A DNA stretch of 64,000 nucleotides from Acidimicrobiia bacterium (GCA_050741975.1 JBOGET010000017.1:14456-78455), one strand, 5' to 3'. Counted from the stretch's first letter, positions 18,724-28,735 are shown. Program-made: numbers and translations. The notes: generated by a model from the letters alone, not told the origin.

Positions 18724-18781
18724 CCCGTCCGTGATTGGGTTGACCAGGTCCGAATGTGACCCCTGTCCGTCCCAATTACGG
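18724..18781 (-). repeat. Intergenic repeat family, copy A (complete; 11-bp terminal inverted arms)
   Basis: Minus-strand sequence is CCGTAATTGGGACGGACAGGGGTCACATTCGGACCTGGTCAACCCAATCACGGACGGG. It aligns without gaps to copy B (43319..43373) at about 42/57 identities, and to copy C (58238..58277) at about 34/41. Confidence 0.7.
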
Positions 18782-18783
18782 GG

Positions 18784-19038
18784 TCATTCCCGCGAGGACT
18801 CGACCACCACCAGCAGATGGCCCGGGCCCACGGCGTCGGCCAGGGTGTTCCAGGTCGCCGTGCTCACCCAGTTGTCCTCCTCGATCTCGGCACAGGCGAG
18901 ATGGACGGCGTCGACCAGGGCGCCGAGTGCGTGATCGAGCTCATAGGCCTGGGCCACCGCGATCCGTGCGTCCGACACGTCGTGGCGGCCGACGGCGCGA
19001 ATTGCCTCTTCGGCGAAGGCCTCGGCCTTCGCGTTCAT
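18784..19038 (-). CDS. hypothetical small acidic protein (84 aa)
   Basis: ORF with ATG overlapping the stop of the upstream gene (1-nt overlap at 19038). No family recognised. Confidence 0.5.
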   Translation of the reverse strand: MNAKAEAFAEEAIRAVGRHDVSDARIAVAQAYELDHALGALVDAVHLACAEIEEDNWVSTATWNTLADAVGPGHLLVVVESSRE

Positions 19039-20093
19039 CAGATCTCGCGGAACAGGTAGCGCCGGAGGATGTCGATGCGCCGGTCGAGGCTCTCCGGGTC
19101 GAGATACCAGAGCATGGCGGCCACGGTGGAGAGAAGTGGGTTCCCGTCCTGCGGGGTGAACGAGAATCCGACCACCTCATTGCCGTTCCGGACCGCAAGC
19201 GTGTCGAGGGCGACCACCGTCTGGCTCATGATCCTGCCGTAGTACCCGTGGTCGCGCCCGAAGGAGAACACCTGGTTGGCCGACTTTTTGTGGGTGACCG
19301 CCACCCTGGTGTTGGTCATGAGCCGTTCCGTGGCGTCGTCCACGGTGATGTCCTCGTCGAGTTGCAGTGAGAACTGGATCGAGTGCATGTACTGGGTGTT
19401 CAGCTTCACCGCCGACGAGTAGAGGCTGAGGTCGTAGCCCATCGTCCCGAACAACTCGTGGGCGTCACGGGCGTGGTGGGTGCCAAACCGCTCGTCCTTG
19501 TGTGCCTCGACGGTGGGGCTGGCCACGAAGCCGTCGTCCTGGCTGATGTCGTTGGCACGTCTCATGCACAGAAAACGCCCGTCTTCGAGATGGTTGGTCC
19601 CGTCGGAGTCGATGGCGAGCGAGCGAACCAGGGCGGCGATGTTGTGGGTGTTGCAGGAGACGATCTGGATGAACTTGTCCTCCCCGGCGACCAGGGAGCT
19701 GTCGTTGATCCCCCGGGCATACATCTTCCCGAACCCGAACTCCGAGCCCTGGGCCATGAAGCCCCTCGGACCGGCGGCCTTGCTGTAGAACTCGTCTTTC
19801 ATCTCGTTCCCGACCGGGGTGCAATCGATGACGACGGACGCCCGTTCGATGGCCTCTCGGGCCTCATGCTTGGGGGCGTGACCCAACTCCTCGAACGCCG
19901 AGAGCCGGTCCTCGTCGACGGCGAGCACGGCACCCCGGCCCTCCAGGTCGGACACCTTGGCCCGTTCGGTCAACAGCGGGGTTCGTTTGTGGAAGGTCAC
20001 CTCGTCGATGCCGAAGTGCTCCTTGTTGTCGGCCAGAAGACCGATCAGCGGCTCACCGATCGTGCCGGTGCCCACAACATGGACGATGTTCAT
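19038..20093 (-). CDS. type II (archaeal-like) glyceraldehyde-3-phosphate dehydrogenase family protein
   Basis: N-terminal Rossmann VVGTGTIGEPL, a catalytic-Cys motif IVSCNTHN, then GTHHARD and YMHSIQFSL. This pattern resembles archaeal-type GAPDH rather than bacterial Gap. Recognised from memory only. Confidence 0.55.
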   Translation of the reverse strand: MNIVHVVGTGTIGEPLIGLLADNKEHFGIDEVTFHKRTPLLTERAKVSDLEGRGAVLAVDEDRLSAFEELGHAPKHEAREAIERASVVIDCTPVGNEMKDEFYSKAAGPRGFMAQGSEFGFGKMYARGINDSSLVAGEDKFIQIVSCNTHNIAALVRSLAIDSDGTNHLEDGRFLCMRRANDISQDDGFVASPTVEAHKDERFGTHHARDAHELFGTMGYDLSLYSSAVKLNTQYMHSIQFSLQLDEDITVDDATERLMTNTRVAVTHKKSANQVFSFGRDHGYYGRIMSQTVVALDTLAVRNGNEVVGFSFTPQDGNPLLSTVAAMLWYLDPESLDRRIDILRRYLFREI

Positions 20094-20174
20094 GTCGGTT
20101 TTCCTCCGAAGAGAGCAGGTGCTCGAGGGCTTCAGACTACTTGCCCGACCCCCTGGTTTCCCAAACCTCGCGGG

Positions 20175-20894
20175 CTAGCCGAGCAGGGCCTCGGCGATGG
20201 GAATGGCCCGCTCGCAAAACGACCCGTCGAACCCCTCCGCGCCTCCGTTCTCGGCCATTGCCAGGGCCGACACGTACACCACCCGGTCGTCGGAACGAGC
20301 GAACACGCCCCCCGACACCACTGCACCGACCTCGGTGCAGAACGCCTCCTCGCCCAGACCGGGCACGTCCTCACCACGGAAGGCGTCGCTCTCCACGGTG
20401 ATGGACCCGGAGTCGGTCGTCTCCTCGGTGACGACCTGACCCTCGGCCACCTCCGTCCCTGCGGCGAAGACCTGCGCTGCATCGCTGCCGTCGTGCACGG
20501 AAACCCAGATCTGGATCGTCGCCTCCTCACTGCTGATGAAACATGAGGGGGCATCACCCAGGAGCCGGGTGTCACGGACCAGGCCCAGGACCGCACCGAG
20601 GGCGCTGTCGCCCGACGTCGCCTCGACCCGGGCCCCGATCACCTCGGAAGCCTCCTCGCTGCTGATGAACTGACAGGGCTCCTCTTCGAATGCCTCCTCG
20701 ACGTCCCCGGCGAAACGCGTCAGCCCGAAGATGACCAGGGCTACCAGCGCGATGCCCACCACCAGGATGATCGCCCCACCGATGATGGCGGCTTTGGCAC
20801 ACCCGCTCATCCCAGCGGTGGAAGCGGGCTCGCCCAGGATCGGCGGGGTCGGGGGCGGCTGCCCGACCGGTGGGTTCGGGCCTTCGGTTGTCAT
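20175..20894 (-). CDS. hypothetical membrane-anchored secreted protein with internal repeat
   Basis: Pro-rich N-terminus and one TM (AAIIGGAIILVVGIALVALVIFGL). A motif is duplicated: C-[QF]-FISSEEA (CQFISSEEASEV / SCFISSEEATIQ). Confidence 0.5.
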   Translation of the reverse strand: MTTEGPNPPVGQPPPTPPILGEPASTAGMSGCAKAAIIGGAIILVVGIALVALVIFGLTRFAGDVEEAFEEEPCQFISSEEASEVIGARVEATSGDSALGAVLGLVRDTRLLGDAPSCFISSEEATIQIWVSVHDGSDAAQVFAAGTEVAEGQVVTEETTDSGSITVESDAFRGEDVPGLGEEAFCTEVGAVVSGGVFARSDDRVVYVSALAMAENGGAEGFDGSFCERAIPIAEALLG

Positions 20895-20924
20895 GGGCGG
20901 CCGCAGCCTACATCGCGACCTGGG

Positions 20925-22214
20925 TCAGAACTGCGCCTCCTCGGTGGAGCCGTCGAGGGCCAGGGTCGAGGACCTGCCCCCGCCCACAACCTGGCTCACC
21001 AGGTCGAAATACCCGGCACCGACCTCACGCTGGTGCCTGGTGGCCGTGTATCCCTGTGGCTCCATGCCGAACTCACGCTTCTGGAGTCCGACATATGCGG
21101 TCATACCGGTCGCGGCGTACCCCCGGGCCAGCTCGAACATCGAGGCGTTCATGGCGTGGAAGCCGGCCAGTGTGATGAACTGGTAGCGATAGCCCATCGT
21201 CCCCAGCTCTTTTTGGAAACGGACAATGGTCCCCTCGTCGAGGTGCTTGGACCAGTTGAACGAGGGCGAGCAGTTGTATGCCAGCATCTTGTCCGGGAAC
21301 ACGTCGTGGATGGCGTCGGCGAACTCCTTGGCCTCCTCGAGGTCGGGCCGGGCGGTCTCGCACCAGATGAGGTCGGCATACGGCGCGTAGGACAGTCCAC
21401 GGGCGATCGCCGATTCCAGACCCCCCGCAACCCGGTGGTAGCCCTCGGCTGTCCGCTCGCCGGTGAGAAAGGGCCGATCCCGGTCATCGACGTCGGAGAT
21501 GAGCAGCGCCGCCCCGTTGGCATCGGTCCTGGCCACGAGCACGGTGGGAACGTCCATGACATCGGCCGCCAGCCGGGCAGCAGACAGAGTGCGGATGTGC
21601 TGGCCGGTCGGCACCAGGACCTTGCCCCCCATGTGGCCGCATTTCTTCTCGGAGGCCAGCTGATCCTCGTAATGGACACCGGCGGCGCCGGCCTTTATGA
21701 ATCGCTTGGTCAGCTCGAAGACGTTGAGGACGCCGCCGAACCCCGCCTCACCGTCGGCGATGATCGGCACGAACCAGTCGGTGTCGGTGTCGCCCTCGGC
21801 CCAGTGGATCTGGTCTGCACGCCTCAGGGCGTTGTTGATCCGCTCCACCAGGGCCGGGGCCGAGTTCGACGGGTAGAGCGACTGGTCGGGGTAGACCTCG
21901 CCCCCCAGGTTGCCGTCGGCGGCGACCTGCCAGCCGGAGACGTAGATCGACTCAAGGCCGGCCTTGACCATCTGGGTCGCCTGCCCCCCGCTCAGGGCGC
22001 CGAGTGCGCTCACATAGTCCTCGGTCGTCAGCAGCTCCCAGAGCTTGACGGCCATCCGGTTGGCCAGCGTGGACAGCTCTCTGATGCTCCCCCGGAGACG
22101 GACCACATCTTCTGCGGTGTAGTCGCGGGTGATGCCCTCCCAGCGGGGGTTGGTCTCCCAGTCGGCAGCCAGACGGCCTGCCTCGTTGGCGATGTGGGAC
22201 ATGGTGCTCTCCAT
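20925..22214 (-). CDS. aceA: isocitrate lyase
   Basis: [25 protein letters not shown] plus the KKCGHMGGK catalytic motif. ATG 22214 overlaps the aceB stop (ATGA). The upstream part of ORF 20925..22514 was discarded. Confidence 0.9.
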   Translation of the reverse strand: MESTMSHIANEAGRLAADWETNPRWEGITRDYTAEDVVRLRGSIRELSTLANRMAVKLWELLTTEDYVSALGALSGGQATQMVKAGLESIYVSGWQVAADGNLGGEVYPDQSLYPSNSAPALVERINNALRRADQIHWAEGDTDTDWFVPIIADGEAGFGGVLNVFELTKRFIKAGAAGVHYEDQLASEKKCGHMGGKVLVPTGQHIRTLSAARLAADVMDVPTVLVARTDANGAALLISDVDDRDRPFLTGERTAEGYHRVAGGLESAIARGLSYAPYADLIWCETARPDLEEAKEFADAIHDVFPDKMLAYNCSPSFNWSKHLDEGTIVRFQKELGTMGYRYQFITLAGFHAMNASMFELARGYAATGMTAYVGLQKREFGMEPQGYTATRHQREVGAGYFDLVSQVVGGGRSSTLALDGSTEEAQF

Positions 22215-23773
22215 CAGTTGATCAACTCGTAGGCGGGCAAGGTGAGGAACTCGACGAAGCGCTCGCCCAGTGCGACTTCCTCGAACAGCTTGCGGGCAGT
22301 GGGCAAATGATCGCTGTGCGGGTGGTCCGCCCCGTCCAATTGGTCGATCAAGTTCTCGGCCATGGAACGAACCAATGTCTCCGTGACCGGCGCTCCGTCC
22401 TCGGTCTCGACGGCGTGTCTGACCCATTGCCAGATCTGGGACCTCGAGATCTCGGCCGTGGCGACATCCTCCATGAGGTTGTCGATGGCGGCGGCGCCGG
22501 TGCCGGAGAGCCATGATGCGATGTAGCGGATGCCTACCGAGACATTGGTCTCGATACCGACTGTGGTCACCGTGCCGGGGAAGTCGAGGTCGAGCAGGTC
22601 GGCGGCGCCGACCATCACCTCTTCACGCCGGCGGTCTAGCTGATTCGGCCGCGTCCCGAGGACGGCATCGAACTCCTTCATGGCGACGGGGACGAGATCG
22701 GGATGGGCCACCCATGTCCCGTCGCACCCGGCACCTGCCTCCCGGGCCTTGTCTGCCGACACCGCGGAGATGGCCACCTCGGTCACTTCCAGGTCGCGTC
22801 TGTTGGGGATGAAGGCGGCCATGCCGCCGATGGCATGGGCCCCCCGACGATGACAGGTCTTCACCATCAGCTCGGTGTAGGCGTGCATGAAGGGGACGGT
22901 CATCGTCACCTTGGAGCGATCGGGGAGGACGAAGGAGGGGTCCTCCCTGAACTTCTTGATGACAGAGAAGATGTAGTCCCAGCGGCCTGCGTTGAGACCG
23001 GCTGCGTGCTCTCGGAGCTCGTGGAGTATCTCGTCCATCTCGAAGGCGGCGAGGATGGTCTCGATGAGCACGGTCGCCTTGATCGTGCCCCGGGGGATGC
23101 CGAGCCGTTCCTGCACCCAGACGAACACGTCGTTCCACAGCCTGGCCTCTTGGTGCGATTCCAGCTTGGGCAGGTAGAGGTAGGGCCCGGTCCCGGCCTG
23201 GATGGCCGCCCGCCCGCCGTGGAACATGTAGAGACCGAAGTCGAACAACGATGCCGACATCGGCTGACCGTCGACCAGGAAATGCTTCTCCCCCAGGTGC
23301 CAGCCCCGCGGCCTGACCAGGAGGGTGGCGATGTCTTCATCGAGCTCGTAGGTCTTGGCCTCGGTCTCGAGAGCGAGCTCCCGCCGGTAGGCGTCTACCA
23401 GGTTGGCCTGTCCGTAGAGGAGATTGAGCCAGGTCGGGGTGGTCGCGTCCTCGAAGTCGGCCATGAACACCCTGGCCCCGGAGTTGAGGGCGTTGATCAT
23501 CATCTTGGCGTCGACGGGGCCGGTGATCTCCACCCTGCGGTCGACGAGATCGTCGGGGACCGGGTCGATGATCCAGTCCGATTCGCGAACCGATCGGGTG
23601 GCTTCGAGAAAATCGGGGCGCTCCCCGTCGTCGAGACGCTGCTGCCGGGTCTGCCGATCGGCCAGGATCTGTCCCCGCCGCCACCCGAACTCCTGCTCCA
23701 GATCGGTGAGAAAGGCCACCGCTTCCCGGGTCAGCACCCGTCGCTCGATCTCGGTGTCCCGGAACTGGTTCAT
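22214..23773 (-). CDS. aceB: malate synthase A
   Basis: 519 aa with typical MSA blocks ([30 protein letters not shown]). Confidence 0.9.
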   Translation of the reverse strand: MNQFRDTEIERRVLTREAVAFLTDLEQEFGWRRGQILADRQTRQQRLDDGERPDFLEATRSVRESDWIIDPVPDDLVDRRVEITGPVDAKMMINALNSGARVFMADFEDATTPTWLNLLYGQANLVDAYRRELALETEAKTYELDEDIATLLVRPRGWHLGEKHFLVDGQPMSASLFDFGLYMFHGGRAAIQAGTGPYLYLPKLESHQEARLWNDVFVWVQERLGIPRGTIKATVLIETILAAFEMDEILHELREHAAGLNAGRWDYIFSVIKKFREDPSFVLPDRSKVTMTVPFMHAYTELMVKTCHRRGAHAIGGMAAFIPNRRDLEVTEVAISAVSADKAREAGAGCDGTWVAHPDLVPVAMKEFDAVLGTRPNQLDRRREEVMVGAADLLDLDFPGTVTTVGIETNVSVGIRYIASWLSGTGAAAIDNLMEDVATAEISRSQIWQWVRHAVETEDGAPVTETLVRSMAENLIDQLDGADHPHSDHLPTARKLFEEVALGERFVEFLTLPAYELIN

Positions 23774-23824
23774 AAGACAGCAGTGTCTTTCCTGGCGACC
23801 CCCGATTCCAAACCACTATGATCT

Positions 23825-23842
23825 AAAGATTGGTCAATCTTT
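23825..23842. promoter_or_regulatory. Perfect 8-2-8 palindrome AAAGATTG-GT-CAATCTTT (candidate RamB-type operator)
   Basis: Read directly in the AT-richer aceB/ramB divergent intergenic region, 15 nt upstream of ATG 23857. Confidence 0.5.
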
Positions 23843-23856
23843 CGGAGCGGGGAGAA

Positions 23857-25317
23857 ATGGCGGAATCTCAGCAGTTGGATCCACTGGTGTTGGGTCGTCG
23901 TCTTCGTCATCATCGTCGGGAACGCGGTCTGACTCTCGATGAGCTGGGTGCCGCAGTGAGTCGCCCCGCCCCATATCTGTCGCTGTTGGAGAACGGCAAG
24001 AAAGAGCCCCGGCTCAATCTGGTCCTCGAACTGGCAAAGGCCCTCGACGTCGACATATCCCAGCTTCTCGACCCGAGCCCACCCAATCGAAGGGACGAAT
24101 TGGAGATAGCCCTGCTCCGGTCGCAGGATACCGCCCTCTTCGAGTCGCTCGACCTCCCCGTGATCAAGCCCAGCGCCAGGCTCGACAACGAGACACTCAC
24201 CCATCTGGTTGGGCTCCACGAAGCGCTTCGTCAGCGTTCCAACCTGGGCTCGGCCGGCTCCGAAGAGGTGCGACGGGCCAACGGTGACGTCACCGCCTGG
24301 CTCAGCGCCCACTCCGGCTATCTGCAGGACGTGGAGACCGAGGCCCGACGGGCCCTCGACTCCAGTGGGTACTCGGGAGAGGGGCCGTTCTCGTCGCGCA
24401 ACCTGCTCGATCTCACCGCCCGGGCCGGCTTCGAGCTCCACCCGGTGGAAGACATGCCTTCGTTCGCCCGTTCGGTCATCGACCTCGACCATCACCGGGT
24501 CTACATCGCCCAACGCGACGAGCTTCGCACCAGACAGGCCCGCAAGGCGGTGCTGCAGACCCTGGCCGGGTTCCTGCTCGGGCACGAGACGAATCCCGAT
24601 CTCGACACATTCCTCCGTCAGCGCGTTGAGACGGCCTACTTCGCCGCCGCGGTGCTGGCGCCCGAGGACGCCGTGGTGGCGACGCTGAGAACGGCCAAGG
24701 ACAACCACGACATCGACGTCGAGGACGTCAAGGAATTGTTCTACGTCTCCTACCAGATGGCCGCCTGGAGGACGGTGAACCTGGCCACCCGCCACCTCGG
24801 GATCAGGACCCACCTCATCGTGAGCGATCACATGGGGACGGTGGTCAAGGCCTATGCCAATGACGACGTCCCCATCCGCAGGGACGACCACGGCGGGATG
24901 GAAACCCAGCGTCTGTGCCGACGCTGGGGGGCCCGGGCGACTTTCCGCTCGGCAGAGAGGTACGGGACCCATCATCAGTTCACCGACACGCCCGGGGGCA
25001 CCTTCTTCTGCACCACCCATGTCGAGGCGGGCCGGGAGCCCTCGCACGCCATCACGGTGGGAGTTCCTTTCGCCGACGCGCGATGGTTCCGGGGGCGCGA
25101 CACCGAGATCCGGGAGACCTCGACCTGCCCCGATCCTGGGTGTTGCCGCCTGCCCGCGGCCGATCTCCTCGCCAAATGGACGGACAAGGTGATCGTCTCC
25201 GCCCGATCCCAGAGCCGGATCCTGGGGCTTCTGGCCCCCGACCCGTATCCGGAGTTGGACATGCCGGAGGTCCTCGGTCTGGTCGAGTCCCACTCGAAGG
25301 GCCAGACCTCTCGTTGA
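23857..25317 (+). CDS. ramB: XRE-family HTH + ImmA/IrrE-like domain regulator, RamB/PrpR-type (short-chain fatty acyl-CoA regulator family)
   Basis: HTH LGRRLRHHRRERGLTLDELGAAV. Length is about 486 aa. It is divergent from aceB-aceA, as for mycobacterial/corynebacterial RamB. ATG 23857 follows GGAGCGGGGAG. Confidence 0.7.
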   Translation: MAESQQLDPLVLGRRLRHHRRERGLTLDELGAAVSRPAPYLSLLENGKKEPRLNLVLELAKALDVDISQLLDPSPPNRRDELEIALLRSQDTALFESLDLPVIKPSARLDNETLTHLVGLHEALRQRSNLGSAGSEEVRRANGDVTAWLSAHSGYLQDVETEARRALDSSGYSGEGPFSSRNLLDLTARAGFELHPVEDMPSFARSVIDLDHHRVYIAQRDELRTRQARKAVLQTLAGFLLGHETNPDLDTFLRQRVETAYFAAAVLAPEDAVVATLRTAKDNHDIDVEDVKELFYVSYQMAAWRTVNLATRHLGIRTHLIVSDHMGTVVKAYANDDVPIRRDDHGGMETQRLCRRWGARATFRSAERYGTHHQFTDTPGGTFFCTTHVEAGREPSHAITVGVPFADARWFRGRDTEIRETSTCPDPGCCRLPAADLLAKWTDKVIVSARSQSRILGLLAPDPYPELDMPEVLGLVESHSKGQTSR

Positions 25318-25382
25318 GACAACGGCCATCGCAGGCTGCCGTGTCGTGCCTCCGACGACACCCTTTCTCGTCGCGTCCGCCC

Positions 25383-26690
25383 TCAGCGAGCAAGGAACAG
25401 GGCCGGCTCCTCCAGGTTTTCGATGACCAGTGCCATGAAACGTCTGCCCTCGGCACCGTCGATGACACGGTGGTCATATGACAACGAGAGGGGCATGACC
25501 GGGGCGACCACCGCTTCGCCCCCCACTGCCAGCACCCCGTCTTCGGCTCGACCCAGGGAGAGAATGGCGGTTGTCCCATACGGGATGATCGGCGTGCCAT
25601 GGCCACCGCCCACCGCCCCGATGTTGGACACGGTGAAGGTCTGACCGCTCAGCTCGCCGGGGCCCAGCGACCTCGCCCTGGCCCCCTCGCCGAGTCGACG
25701 CACCTCGGACGCGATCTCGAGTACCCCTTTGGCGCCGGCGTCCCTGATGACTGCCACCAGCAGGCCGTCCGGCGTGTCCACCGCGATCCCGATGTGATGT
25801 GCCCCATGGAGGACCAGATCGTCACCGTCGAGCGTGGCGTTGAACTCGGGGAACACGTGGAGAGCGGGGACGACGGCCTTGATCACCAGGGCCTCCACCG
25901 GGATCTTCACCTGGTGACGAGCGCCGAGGGCGGAGCGGATTTCCAAGAGCCTGCGGGCGTCGACCTCGTCGAACGTGGTGACATGGGGTATCTCTGCCCA
26001 GCTCTTCGCCATATTGGCCGCAATCGTCCGGCGGAGCCGGGTCATCGATCGCCGCTCGTCCTGCCCCGGTGTGACTGAGGGCGCTGTCGCCGGCGGCGCT
26101 CCCGCAGACGGCCGAGCTTCCTCCTCCACCGCGGCCGGGGCGGGAGGCGACGCCGGGGCCGCGGCCATGACGTCCTCACGGGTGATCCTTGCCTCTGGGC
26201 CTGAGCCGCGGATTACCCCGATGTCGACACCGAGGTCACGGGCCAGCTTGCGCACGATTGGAAGCGCCTTGACCGTCGACCCCGGCTCCGGGGTCGATCC
26301 CCGGTCGACGGAGGGCAGCACCTCCGCCTCCTCGATCAGACTGCCCACGATGGGCGCCGCCGAACCTTCCCCCGCCGGCTCAGGAGGGGTGGGCGAGGCG
26401 TGTGGTGCCGGGGTATCCATCGACTCCGGAGTGACGCCGCTCCGGGTCTCATCCTCGTCACCGATCACGACCAGCACCGACCCGACCCGAATCGTCTCTC
26501 CCTCGGCCCCGCCGTGCCGGAGCACGGTCCCGGCATACGGTGACGGGATCTCGACCACGGCTTTGTCCGTCTCCACCTCCACCACCGGCTGGTCGGCCTC
26601 GACATGCCCGCCTTCGGGCACCAGCCACCGAACGATCTCCGCCTCGGTGAGGCCTTCTCCGATGTCCGGAAGCCTGAATTCCTTGGCCAC
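25383..26690 (-). CDS. 2-oxoacid dehydrogenase E2 (dihydrolipoamide acyltransferase)
   Basis: Lipoyl domain (VEVETDKAVVEIPSP), a PSBD, and a catalytic DHRVIDGA motif. The GTG start overlaps the E1-beta stop. Confidence 0.9.
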   Translation of the reverse strand: MAKEFRLPDIGEGLTEAEIVRWLVPEGGHVEADQPVVEVETDKAVVEIPSPYAGTVLRHGGAEGETIRVGSVLVVIGDEDETRSGVTPESMDTPAPHASPTPPEPAGEGSAAPIVGSLIEEAEVLPSVDRGSTPEPGSTVKALPIVRKLARDLGVDIGVIRGSGPEARITREDVMAAAPASPPAPAAVEEEARPSAGAPPATAPSVTPGQDERRSMTRLRRTIAANMAKSWAEIPHVTTFDEVDARRLLEIRSALGARHQVKIPVEALVIKAVVPALHVFPEFNATLDGDDLVLHGAHHIGIAVDTPDGLLVAVIRDAGAKGVLEIASEVRRLGEGARARSLGPGELSGQTFTVSNIGAVGGGHGTPIIPYGTTAILSLGRAEDGVLAVGGEAVVAPVMPLSLSYDHRVIDGAEGRRFMALVIENLEEPALFLAR

Positions 26691-27667
26691 TAGGCCTCCA
26701 TCGTCTGTTGCGCGGCCGCCAGGATCCGATCCACGCTCGGAAGGTAGTGGCCCTCGGAGCGCTTGAGGGGAAAGACCGTGTCCCAGCCGGTGACCCGGCG
26801 CACCGGGGCGAGCAGGGAGTAGAGAGCGCCCTCCTGGATGATGGCTGCCACCTCCGCGCCCAGACCGGCGGTGCGGGGCGCCTCATGCACCACCACGACC
26901 CTGCCCGTCTTCGAGGCCGAGGCGAGGATCGCAACGTGGTCGATCGGTGACAGGGTGCGCAGGTCCAGCACCTCCACCGAGACCCCGGACTCCTCGAGTC
27001 GGCTCGCCGCGACCCTGGTCTCATTCATCATCGCTCCCCATGAGATCAACGTGATGTCCTCACCTTCACGCTCGACCCGAAGCGGCCCGATCTCGGTCGT
27101 GTAATAGAGGTCCGGGACCTCCTCCTTCACTGCCCGATAGAGCCGGATCGGCTCCAGGAAGAGCACCGGGTCGGGATCCTCGATGGCAGCCAGGAGCAAG
27201 CCCCGTGCGTCGGACGGGGTCGAAGGGACCACCACCTTGAGACCGGGGATGTGGGTGTAGATGGCCTCGGTGGACTCCGAATGGTGCTCGGCGGCCCCGA
27301 TCCCGCCCCCGAAGGGGGCGCGGATCACCAATGGCGCGGTGAAGCGGTGGTTGGAGCGGTTCCTGATCCGTGCCACATGGTTGATGATCTGGTCGTAGGC
27401 CGGATAGGAGAAGCCAAGGAACTGGAGCTCCGCCACCGGGCGCATCCCGGCCACCGCCATCCCGAAGGCGGCGCCCACGATCCCCGACTCGGCCACCGGG
27501 GTGTCGAAGACCCGGTCCTCCCCGTACTTGGCACGGAGTCCGTCGGTGATGCGGAACACCCCTCCGGTACGCCCGATGTCCTCCCCGAGGAGCACGACTC
27601 GCTCATCTGACTCGAGGGCGGTCGCCAACGCCCCGTTGAGCGATTGGGCCAGGGTCAGCTCGCTCAT
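26690..27667 (-). CDS. 2-oxoacid dehydrogenase E1 component beta subunit
   Basis: MSELTLAQSLNGALATALESDERVVLLGEDIG... gives 325 aa. ATG 27667 overlaps the E1-alpha stop. The long N-terminal extension of ORF 26690..28432 was discarded. Confidence 0.9.
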   Translation of the reverse strand: MSELTLAQSLNGALATALESDERVVLLGEDIGRTGGVFRITDGLRAKYGEDRVFDTPVAESGIVGAAFGMAVAGMRPVAELQFLGFSYPAYDQIINHVARIRNRSNHRFTAPLVIRAPFGGGIGAAEHHSESTEAIYTHIPGLKVVVPSTPSDARGLLLAAIEDPDPVLFLEPIRLYRAVKEEVPDLYYTTEIGPLRVEREGEDITLISWGAMMNETRVAASRLEESGVSVEVLDLRTLSPIDHVAILASASKTGRVVVVHEAPRTAGLGAEVAAIIQEGALYSLLAPVRRVTGWDTVFPLKRSEGHYLPSVDRILAAAQQTMEA

Positions 27668-28683
27668 GGGCCTGTTTCCCCCAACTGGGCCCGGAGCGGC
27701 CCGGTGGGCTCTTCGTACATCCGCCGAAACATCTCCTCGACACCGGGCTGGGACAGGTCCTCTGCCGAGGTGACCGCCTCCTCGATCCTCTGCGCGGCCC
27801 CTTCTTCGAGCTCGGTCTGCCATTCGGCACTCCAACCACCGGCCCGTTCCAGGAGGAGCCTGACCCGCTCGATCGGGTCCCGCTCCCGCCACCGAGCGGC
27901 CTCCTCCTCGTCGCGATAACGATCCGGGTCGTCGGCCGAGGTATGGGGGCCGAGACGATAGGTGACCGCCTCGATCAGAGTGGGACCGTCGCCGTTTCGG
28001 GCCCTCGTCGCCGCGGCTCCCACCGCGCTCAGGACGGCGGCCACGTCGTTGCCGTCGACCAGGACACCGGGCATGCCGTATCCGTCGGCCTTCATGGCGA
28101 TGGACTCGGAGCGCGTCTGCTCGGAGCGGGGATAGGAGATGGCAAACCCGTTGTTCTGGCACAGGAAGACGGTGGGAGTCTTGAAGACGGCGGCGAAGTT
28201 CATCGCCTCGTGGAAGTCCCCCTCCGAGGTCGCACCGTCCCCGAACGAGGTCAGGGCCACCCGATCCGACCCCTTGAGCGACTCGGCCCAGGCCAGGCCG
28301 ACCGCATGGATCATGTGGCCGCCGACGGTGATGGAAGGCGGTAGGACGTTGACCCCGGCCGGGGCTTCGCCGCCACGCTCGTCCCCGGTCCGCCCGGCGA
28401 TCAGGAGACGCCACGGGTAGCCGGCCCGCCACATCAGGGCGGCATCGCGATACGTCGCCGTCACCCAGTCATCGTCCCGCAGGGTGGCAGCCGCTCCGAT
28501 TTGAGCAGCTTCCTGTCCCTCGAAAGGGGCATAGGTGGCGAGCCGGCCCTGGCGCTGCATCGCCATGCACTTGCGGTCGTAGGTCCTGGCCTCGACCATG
28601 TCTGCGTAGAGGCCCCGCATCTGCTCGAGGGTGATCGGAAGACGGTCGCGCACGGATCCGTCCGTGTTGATCAGGCTGAACAT
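27664..28683 (-). CDS. 2-oxoacid dehydrogenase E1 component alpha subunit (TPP-dependent)
   Basis: GDGATSEGDFHEAMNFA TPP motif. 339 aa. Confidence 0.9.
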   Translation of the reverse strand: MFSLINTDGSVRDRLPITLEQMRGLYADMVEARTYDRKCMAMQRQGRLATYAPFEGQEAAQIGAAATLRDDDWVTATYRDAALMWRAGYPWRLLIAGRTGDERGGEAPAGVNVLPPSITVGGHMIHAVGLAWAESLKGSDRVALTSFGDGATSEGDFHEAMNFAAVFKTPTVFLCQNNGFAISYPRSEQTRSESIAMKADGYGMPGVLVDGNDVAAVLSAVGAAATRARNGDGPTLIEAVTYRLGPHTSADDPDRYRDEEEAARWRERDPIERVRLLLERAGGWSAEWQTELEEGAAQRIEEAVTSAEDLSQPGVEEMFRRMYEEPTGPLRAQLGETGP

Positions 28684-28735
28684 GCAGCCTGAGAGCTTAT
28701 CCGCCGCCCCGACGTCGGCCGGGCTCCCGGATCTT

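Noticed and set aside
23770-25329. 519-aa minus-strand ORF covering the whole RamB-like gene
   Set aside because: It is an antisense shadow ORF with no recognisable motifs. The plus-strand product has a clear HTH and family architecture.
27668-28432. N-terminal 255-residue extension of the E1-beta ORF (26690..28432)
   Set aside because: The extension is out of frame over the E1-alpha gene. E1-beta homology begins at MSELTLAQS (ATG 27667), which overlaps the E1-alpha stop.
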